Assembly: GCA_043228905.1 (NCBI GenBank)
Contig: JBHGNT010000098.1
Location: 27,695-91,694, forward strand
DNA: 64,000 nucleotides
Direction: 5' to 3'
Origin: Azolla caroliniana
Taxonomy: Eukaryota; Plantae; Polypodiophyta
The position numbers and the translations under genes were made by a program. The first letter of the stretch is position 1. Every line of letters begins with the position of its first letter. Under the pieces are notes generated by a model. The model was not told the DNA's origin, ran no database searches, and saw nothing but the letters and a program-made list of their open reading frames with translations. Below are positions 1 to 7,350 of the stretch, piece by piece.

Positions 1-472
1 TTCTCACCAGGTCTTCTTCATTCATAACCGGATCCCATCCGGAGGGACAGATTTCCCAACAATCTCCCCCTTCACTCCGGTATGGGATGTCTCGCCAACC
101 CGATCCGCTTTCGGCACGCGTCTAGCTTGTCGGTTGTCAACACCTTCATCCAGATGAAGCCCTTCATCTAGATTATCTACTTGCCGGCTTCTACAGTTGC
201 CATATACTCAGCCTCCGTGGTTGACAACGCAACCGTCTTCTGCAAACTCGACTGCCACAAAACAGCTCCCCCTGCATAAGTCATGACATATCCGGATGTA
301 GACCGACTAGTATCCGCATCAGCCGACATTTCCGAATCCGTGAATCCGTCAAGTTTGGGATTACCGGAGCTGAACCAGAGGCACATACTCAAGGTGCCTT
401 TCAGATACTGGAGTATCCACTTGACCAGGTTCCAGTGCTCTCTTCGGGATTGCTCATGAACCGGCTCACCAG

Positions 473-891
473 TGTTGTTCTCTGACCGGACAAGGCCTAA
501 CACAAGGTGTCACGGAGACACTTCACCAAAGGGTGATTACGGCATAGGATTATGACTCAACGATTACACCGACCTAAGTAGGTTACACGATTAGAGCGCT
601 TTTGTTAATTACACGCGTAAGATATAACAGTAATTACAGAACGGAAATCAACACAGAAGTATAAACACCATACGCTCTATTAATTATCCGCTCCGATTAC
701 AATGGGGTCCGGGCCTTTAAATAGGTTTCCGGCCCGTAGTACAAAACGGTGCCTATCGCACCTATTCGGGATCCGTCCGGATCTGGAACGGCATACCGTT
801 TCCAGTCCGTCCGTCCATACTATGCTTATTTACAACCATACTTAATTAATTCCTTCACTCCGTATTTTGGACTCCTTGCCGGCCGGTAACA
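473..891 (-). repeat. 3' LTR of non-autonomous Gypsy element
   Basis: Line-by-line identical to 3593-4011 (offset 3120). Confidence 0.95.
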
Positions 892-893
892 CA

Positions 894-931
894 TGGCACA
901 CCCGTGGGACAGTACCTTGTACGTCGAACCC
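894..931 (+). promoter_or_regulatory. tRNA-Arg(UCU)-complementary site (second PBS-like motif) at the position where the PPT is expected
   Basis: TGGCACACCCGTGGGAC starts 2 nt after the LTR end, followed by hairpin AGTACCTTGTACG and TCGAACCC. No purine tract abuts the LTR on the minus strand. Confidence 0.7.
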
Positions 932-943
932 TTCTCGGCCCCT

Positions 944-2128
944 TCATTGTTCACCCAAATTGTCCAAAATACTTTGTTCCAGAGTTTCCAATTGTTCTTC
1001 CGGTTGTGGTTGTTGCGGCTGTGCTTGTTGCTGCTGCTGTGGTTGCGGTTGGGACTGAGACTGCTCCGGCTGCTCTATAGGCGGCTGCTCCGTTTGTTTC
1101 TCTGACTCCGGCATCCCCGTTTGACTGCTTCCGGTCCGGTCTCCTTCCAGTAACGGTTCCTCATCACTGAGGTTGACCGTAACCGGTTCTCGTGCTTTCT
1201 CTTCCCGGATCCGGGACCTCTCGTAGCTTTCAAACTGGATCTGCGCCTCCAGCTTGTCGTCGTCTAGCTGAGCTACAAGTTGCCGGACTTGCCCTAGTTG
1301 GTCCTCTGCCAAGGCTTGAAAGTCTTCGGCCAGCTCATCTCTTATGCCGGTTAAGTCTTCGGAAGTCAGCATATAGCAATCATCCCCCTCCTTCCGCCGG
1401 TTCTCTACGTCGGCCCGGAGCAATTGGAGTTCCGCCACGTTCGGGGCCCACTTGGTCCACCATTTGACGGAACCGTTGTCAATCAAGCTCTTGGTCTGGT
1501 TCAACCAGGCCCGCATGATATCCTGGATGCGACTTGCTCCCATTTGCGCTCTACTTTCCACAACTTGTCGTTCCTCCTTCAACTGCTTGATGAGATTAGC
1601 CGTATCCTGCGCCTGCTCTTTGTAGTGCGTTAGCTGCCCTTGATATGTTGTTTGCAGCTTCTGCAGTACCGCCGCCGCTCTTTCTCTTTCCGCCTGCTGT
1701 TGCCTGAGGAGCTCTGTCCGAACCTTCTCTGCCTCTTCCAATCGTCTTCTGGTTTCCGCTAGTTCATTAGCGTATGCCGTTGCGGTCCGATCAACTGCTT
1801 GCCGGAGCTCATCCGTCCGTTCCTTGTGCTCCATTTGCATCCGTTTATACTCCCGGTGCAAGTGCTCAAATTCCTCCGTTTTTTGTTTGAGCTTGCCGTT
1901 GATCTGGCGATGGTTCCGGTCCTCCCGGTCCTTTAGCTGTCGGAGTTCCTCTTTCAGGCGCTCTACTTCTGTTTCGGCGTTTCTCCGGAGCCTGTCCTTC
2001 TCTTGCAGCATTTTCTCCTTCTCCTCCTTGAGCCGGTCGTACGCTTGGTGGCCTTTTCGTAAGCTCTCCTCGGCCCAGCGTAGATTCTCAGTAGTCCTTT
2101 TGAGTTCTGCCTCCGCTGCCGTCTTCAA
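944..2128 (-). CDS. Coiled-coil extra ORF (C-terminal part) of Gypsy element, function unknown
   Basis: 394-aa E/R/K/Q-rich heptad ORF; the frame stays open upstream to about 2225, where it joins gag out of frame. Motif RADVENRRKEG is shared with 44620-44838. Confidence 0.7.
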   Translation of the reverse strand: MKTAAEAELKRTTENLRWAEESLRKGHQAYDRLKEEKEKMLQEKDRLRRNAETEVERLKEELRQLKDREDRNHRQINGKLKQKTEEFEHLHREYKRMQMEHKERTDELRQAVDRTATAYANELAETRRRLEEAEKVRTELLRQQQAERERAAAVLQKLQTTYQGQLTHYKEQAQDTANLIKQLKEERQVVESRAQMGASRIQDIMRAWLNQTKSLIDNGSVKWWTKWAPNVAELQLLRADVENRRKEGDDCYMLTSEDLTGIRDELAEDFQALAEDQLGQVRQLVAQLDDDKLEAQIQFESYERSRIREEKAREPVTVNLSDEEPLLEGDRTGSSQTGMPESEKQTEQPPIEQPEQSQSQPQPQQQQQAQPQQPQPEEQLETLEQSILDNLGEQ

Positions 2129-2168
2129 CTCTCTTTCGCGGCTCCTCAGCGCTTCTTGGGCAGCTAGC

Positions 2169-3539
2169 TCATCCTTTAAGTCCGCAAGCTCTTGGGCTTG
2201 TGCCGCATTTCTCTCCGGAACGGTTTAGCAGGTTATACTCGCACCGATCCGTTGTATGACTCTTGGATTGACAAATCACACACTGGGTTCGCATGGTGCA
2301 CTCCACTGCCGAGTGTCCGACATTCAAGCAAATTGTGCATTGAATTGCCTGCCGGAACCGGAGATCTTCATCGGTGGGTAACGCCCGTTGCAGTGCTCCC
2401 AGTGTAAGCCATGAGCTTGACTTTTCCATTTCTCTGACCCGGTCAATGACCTAGTCAATGGTGCTTCCTCGAAAGTCGATCACCGTACACACCGTGCGTA
2501 ACGGTTCCCGGAGTGCGTTTAAAAATATCGTCCGTAATTCCTCCTTCGGGGGTGCACGGGCAAGCTGGCTATGCATTCGTTGGAAACGGATGACGAATTG
2601 GGGAATGCTTTCCCCTGCCTCCTGTCGGATCGTATAAAACAGGCCCACCATTATCGTCTGGTCGACCTCCTTGTGGAAAAAGTGCAAGAATTTTGCTTTT
2701 AATTCTGCAAAGGTTGTGATGGTTGCCGGGTCCTGCGTCCGCCGCCATCGTGCCGCTGGTCCTTCCAACGTGACCCCGAATTCCGCTATCTTCGAGCGTT
2801 CTTCTTCCTCCAGTGTCAATCGCTGGGACGCGTGATTTGCTTCCCATGTCTGCTCGAAGGCATGAACATGCGCTTCCGCGTCCGGATCATCGCGATACTT
2901 TGAGTATTGGAACGGCATGTCGTCGTCCAGTATTAGGCTGCGGTTTAGTGGCGTTTATCGATATCTTTCCGGTTTTCTCTCTTGTTCCACTTCCGGTTCT
3001 TTTTCCGGTTCTTTTTCCGGTTCCTTCACCGGCTCTTCTTCCGGTACCTTCGCCGGCTCTTTCGTTGGTGTCGGTGGCTTTGCTTCTTCCACTTCCGGTG
3101 TTGGTGGGTTGACGGCTTCCGTTTGCGGTTCCGGATAGCCCTAGTCGAACGATTCCGGTTCTGGAGTCGGCACGGTATCCGACCCATCGTCCTCCGGGCC
3201 GCCGGGGGTATCGTTGCTGCTCCGGTAGTTCGTGTGCACGCTGTATCCCCCTTCGGAATCCGATTCGTAGGCTGAAAAGGCTTCTGCCTCGTTTTCTCCG
3301 CTTGCCAGCGCCTCGAGGAGGCGTTCGGTTTCCCGGAGACTACTTAGACCGCTTCCATCGTCCTGGTCACGAGTTTGCTATAACCGAAGAGATTCCTCTG
3401 CGACTCTCCGGATCTCGTTGGAGAACGAACGATCCGAGCGAATTTCGTGCGCTGCTTGCTGGAAAGTCTCACACCGTCTTTGCCGTTCGGCGAGGCGTCG
3501 AGCTCGGTCTGTAACCAAGTCGTGCGTTGGTCTAGTCAT
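2169..3539 (-). pseudogene. Gypsy gag remnant with capsid-like domain and two CCHC zinc knuckles
   Basis: Retrotrans_gag-like segment 2451-2918 (IRQEAGESIPQFVIRF). Knuckles CTICLNVGHSAVEC and CVICQSKSHTTDRC. In-frame stops and frameshifts upstream. Confidence 0.8.
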
Positions 3540-3576
3540 CCATTAAGCCGTCGTTCGCTGCGAGAAAGCAGGAATC

Positions 3577-3586
3577 GTGGTCGCCA
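3577..3586 (-). promoter_or_regulatory. Primer-binding site, tRNA-Arg(UCG)-like
   Basis: Minus strand reads LTR-CAGTTT-TGGCGACCAC, complementary to the ...GTGGTCGCCA 3' end of plant tRNA-Arg(UCG) as recalled; only 10 nt match. Confidence 0.6.
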
Positions 3587-3592
3587 AAACTG

Positions 3593-4011
3593 TGTTGTTC
3601 TCTGACCGGACAAGGCCTAACACAAGGTGTCACGGAGACACTTCACCAAAGGGTGATTACGGCATAGGATTATGACTCAACGATTACACCGACCTAAGTA
3701 GGTTACACGATTAGAGCGCTTTTGTTAATTACACGCGTAAGATATAACAGTAATTACAGAACGGAAATCAACACAGAAGTATAAACACCATACGCTCTAT
3801 TAATTATCCGCTCCGATTACAATGGGGTCCGGGCCTTTAAATAGGTTTCCGGCCCGTAGTACAAAACGGTGCCTATCGCACCTATTCGGGATCCGTCCGG
3901 ATCTGGAACGGCATACCGTTTCCAGTCCGTCCGTCCATACTATGCTTATTTACAACCATACTTAATTAATTCCTTCACTCCGTATTTTGGACTCCTTGCC
4001 GGCCGGTAACA
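3593..4011 (-). repeat. 5' LTR of non-autonomous Gypsy element
   Basis: Identical to 473-891; followed by TSD accag. Confidence 0.95.
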
Positions 4012-5840
4012 ACCAGTTCGATTGCATATCAGATATCCGTCCGGGTACATACCATCGCATACATCAAGCTTTTGATGGCAGAGGCATATGGAGTCTTCAT
4101 TATATACGTCTTCTCCACCTTTATCCTCGGGCTTTGTTTTCCAGATAGCTTGCAATTTTCTGGAAGCGTCGATCCAACCGGCTTCGCCTCCGACATGTTG
4201 AACCGTTGAAGCACCTTTGTCACGTACCCTCTCATGTGACACCCACAACAGCTTCTTCGACCGGTCCCGGATTATGTGCATTCCCAATATCTGTCTTGCC
4301 GGACCCAAGTTGTTCATTGAGAAGGTCCGGTTCAGAGCCTTCTTTAGCATCCAAATATTGCCTTGGTCTCGTCCGACAATAAGCATATCATCCACATATA
4401 GGAGGAGTATCAGGAAATCCTACATCTTGTGGTACCCTTGGTCGGTCATGAAGGAGTCGAACTTCCGATACCATTGCCGGGGGGCTTCCTTCAATCCGTA
4501 TAAGCTCTTCTTTAGCCGGCACACCAGTTGCTCCTTCCCTTTCTTCTCAAATCCTTCCGGTTGATGCATGTAGATCTCTTCTTTAAGGTCGCCATGTAGG
4601 AATGCCGTCTTGACGTCCAATTGCTCTACCTTGAGGTCCATGCTTGCCGCTATGCTCAATACCGTCCGGATAGATGTCATTTTTACTACCGGGGCAAAGA
4701 TCTCATCAAAGTCCACTCCTTTCTTCTGCTAGAAGCCCTTCACCACGATCCAGGCTTTGTACATTCGTGGATTTCCAGCGTCTCCCGGTTTTAGCTTGTA
4801 CACCCACTTGTTCCGCAGTGCTCTCTTCTCTTTCCACAACTCCTTCAATTCATACGTGTGGTTCTAATGCAGGGAATCCATCTTGTCCTGCATGGCACTC
4901 AACCACTTGTGGTTGTGGGTGTCTCTCTTTGCTTCTTCGAAGCTTTCCGGCTCCCCCTCATCAGTTAGCAACACATGCTCTGCATCCAGAAATCTCCAGG
5001 GGGCTCTTCTCTCTCAGAGAGGATATCTCCGTCCCTGGTTTCTGACTATCGGTTCCTCCGTTTGTTCTGAATCCGAATCCGATTCGGGATCTTGTCCAGT
5101 TCCGGTGTCTTCTTCTTCTTCTTCTTCTTCGATCGGTTCGGTTTCTTGTCTGTATCCGTCCGGTTCATCGAGTGTCCTCTGGTTGTCAGCCAACATCTGG
5201 TTTTCAACCAGGTAGGTCCTTGTGTCTGGAGTTGGTCATCTTCTTCTCTGACTCCCAGTCAGTGTCATGATATGGCAAGACTCAAACCCATGACCTTATG
5301 CTACATGGGTCGAGCTCTTACCATTAGACTATGAATTGTATTTTGTAGGATATTATTTTCATTTATGCTTTATCATAGAAAATTGATGTATATTCCAGAT
5401 CTCTCTGGAACATTCTAGAAGCTTCAGGATTATTCCTAAAAACACTATATAAGGAGGCACAAGGCATTGTTTTGAACCAAATTGGTTCAACACCAGTCTT
5501 AAGCCTCTTAGCCGATTTGTACTTATCTTTCATATAATATAAGAGCTGTTGTCATCATCCTATTTCTCTCTCTTTCCTCTTCTCACTTCCTCTCTCTCGG
5601 GAATCTTACGCAGTCCCATCCTCTTAGTACTAATAGTACTACTCTTCTTAGTACTAATTCCATCTCTGCTTTAGTAATATTCCTGACAGTTCCGTCCTCT
5701 TAGTACTAATAGTACTACTCTTCTTAGTACTAATTCCATCTCTGCTTTAGTACTATTCCTGACAGTTTGAACCAATTTGTTCCTCTTTCCTCCAGCCTAC
5801 TTGTCGTTCTCCCTCATCCTCCTATCCTTTTCCCCCTACT

Positions 5841-6995
5841 ATGGCTACTGTTAGCGCCCAAGAATATCAATCCGTGTTCTCCGAGTTACAGTGCCTAAAA
5901 GAAAAGTTTGTTGCCCTGGAACAAGAAAACCAACGGCTGATAGGGAATCTGCAACAAATCGCTCTAGAAAAGCAACAAACGCAACAACATGGGGAGTTAG
6001 CGTTATGGGTGCAACAACTCGAAGCAGCATTGCAACAACAAGGATCAAGTCCCCAAGGATTTCATAAAGAGCCGAAGATTGGACTTCCTGTGAAATTTGA
6101 TGGAACGCGATCGCAATTCAGGGGATTCCTTAATCAGGTACGATTAGTCCTCCAAATGCATCCTTCCCGATACCCCACTGATGCATCCCGAGTCGGCTTA
6201 ATAAGCACGTTGCTTAGCGGCTCAGCCTTAGCATGGTTCGCTCCGCTTCTAGAAAAACAATCACCCTTGCTTAATAACTTTGAAGATTTTATTAGTGAGT
6301 TCAAAGCCTGCTTTGGAGACACTGACAGCATCAGGATGGCGATCAACAAGATCCAGCGATTGCATCAAGGCGATCGTCCAGCCTCTGCCTATGCGGCGGA
6401 TTTCCGCCTACTCGCTTCCGACATACCCTGGTATGATCAAGCACTAATGGAGCAGTTTCGCTATGGCCTGCAAAATGATGTCAAAGATCTACTTTTAACC
6501 TTCCCCGAAGAACCAAAGTCTCTTACGGAGGCAATCAGTCGAGCGGTCCGATGTGACAACCGCCTCTTCGAACGGCGTTCAGAACGTCAATTACAGATAC
6601 CACGCGCTAGGCCGGAGCCCACTTACACCGCAGTCGCAGCTAGACCATTTGCACGAGACATTCCTCAAGCAAATACTTCGACACCGATGGAGATCGATAC
6701 CATGCGTCGACGCGGCCCGTTATCGGAAGAAGAAAAGCAACGACGACGTGCAAATCGATTATGTCTTTATTGCGGTGGACTAAGGCATATCACAATCAAT
6801 TGTCCCCATAGGCCAAGAAGACAGGTAAATCAAATTGTAGCCTGTACTAAACCCGAGTCAATTCTTCCCTTAGGAGTGTCTGATAGTATTAATAATACTA
6901 ATAGAGTGTTTGATAGTATTCATAGTACTAATAGCCCAAGTATCTCAAATAAATTTCAAATCCTTAGTCAATTAGATGAAGAGTTAAACGATTGA
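5841..6995 (+). CDS. Gag (PEG10/Tcn1-like) with CCHC knuckle
   Basis: Intact 384-aa ORF; PVKFDGTR, LLSGSALAW, CLYCGGLRHITINC. Confidence 0.9.
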   Translation: MATVSAQEYQSVFSELQCLKEKFVALEQENQRLIGNLQQIALEKQQTQQHGELALWVQQLEAALQQQGSSPQGFHKEPKIGLPVKFDGTRSQFRGFLNQVRLVLQMHPSRYPTDASRVGLISTLLSGSALAWFAPLLEKQSPLLNNFEDFISEFKACFGDTDSIRMAINKIQRLHQGDRPASAYAADFRLLASDIPWYDQALMEQFRYGLQNDVKDLLLTFPEEPKSLTEAISRAVRCDNRLFERRSERQLQIPRARPEPTYTAVAARPFARDIPQANTSTPMEIDTMRRRGPLSEEEKQRRRANRLCLYCGGLRHITINCPHRPRRQVNQIVACTKPESILPLGVSDSINNTNRVFDSIHSTNSPSISNKFQILSQLDEELND

Positions 6996-7027
6996 GTCCA
7001 GCCAAAATAGGAGCCGTTTGGTTGGAC
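6983..7027 (+). promoter_or_regulatory. Probable -1 programmed ribosomal frameshift signal (gag/pol)
   Basis: G_TTA_AAC lies in the short gag/pol overlap, then a 6-nt spacer and the 11-bp stem GTCCAGCCAAA/TTTGGTTGGAC. pol is in the -1 frame. Confidence 0.7.
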
Positions 7028-7350
7028 AGCAGCCCTAGATCTATACAGCCCATTAGTGGTTCCATTCCTTCCAAGCAAGTTAGCAATGTGTTCCTAGCCC
7101 AAGTCATTGTTAGTACTAAAAGTACTCCCCCAGTACCCGTCCTAGCACTTTTAGATTCCGGAGCTAATTCCTGTTTCATGGATCGAAATTTTGCCCAAGC
7201 TTCTCAGATATCCTTAAGAAAACTTCCTTGTCCCGCATCTGTAGTAGTCATTGATGGTCGTCCCATTGCTTCCGGGAATATTATAGAAGAATCAGAACCT
7301 ATTCAAGTTGTCCTAGGTAGTTTTGTGTGTGTAATATCATTTAATATAAT

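Larger units (their letters stand above)
473..4011 (-). mobile_element. Non-autonomous non-chromovirus Ty3/Gypsy element (gag remnant + coiled-coil extra ORF, pol deleted)
   Basis: Two identical 419-bp LTRs (473-891, 3593-4011; TG...CA) and a 5-bp TSD ACCAG (468-472, 4012-4016). Minus-strand PBS-like TGGCGACCAC next to the right LTR. TATA-like TATTTAAAGG on the minus strand near 720. Confidence 0.93.

Noticed and set aside
929-945. GAAGGGGCCGAGAAGGG (minus strand) as the element's PPT
   Set aside because: Nearly 40 nt from the LTR edge, interrupted by CC and poorly conserved in the second element; a PPT must abut the LTR to define its end. Not fully excluded.
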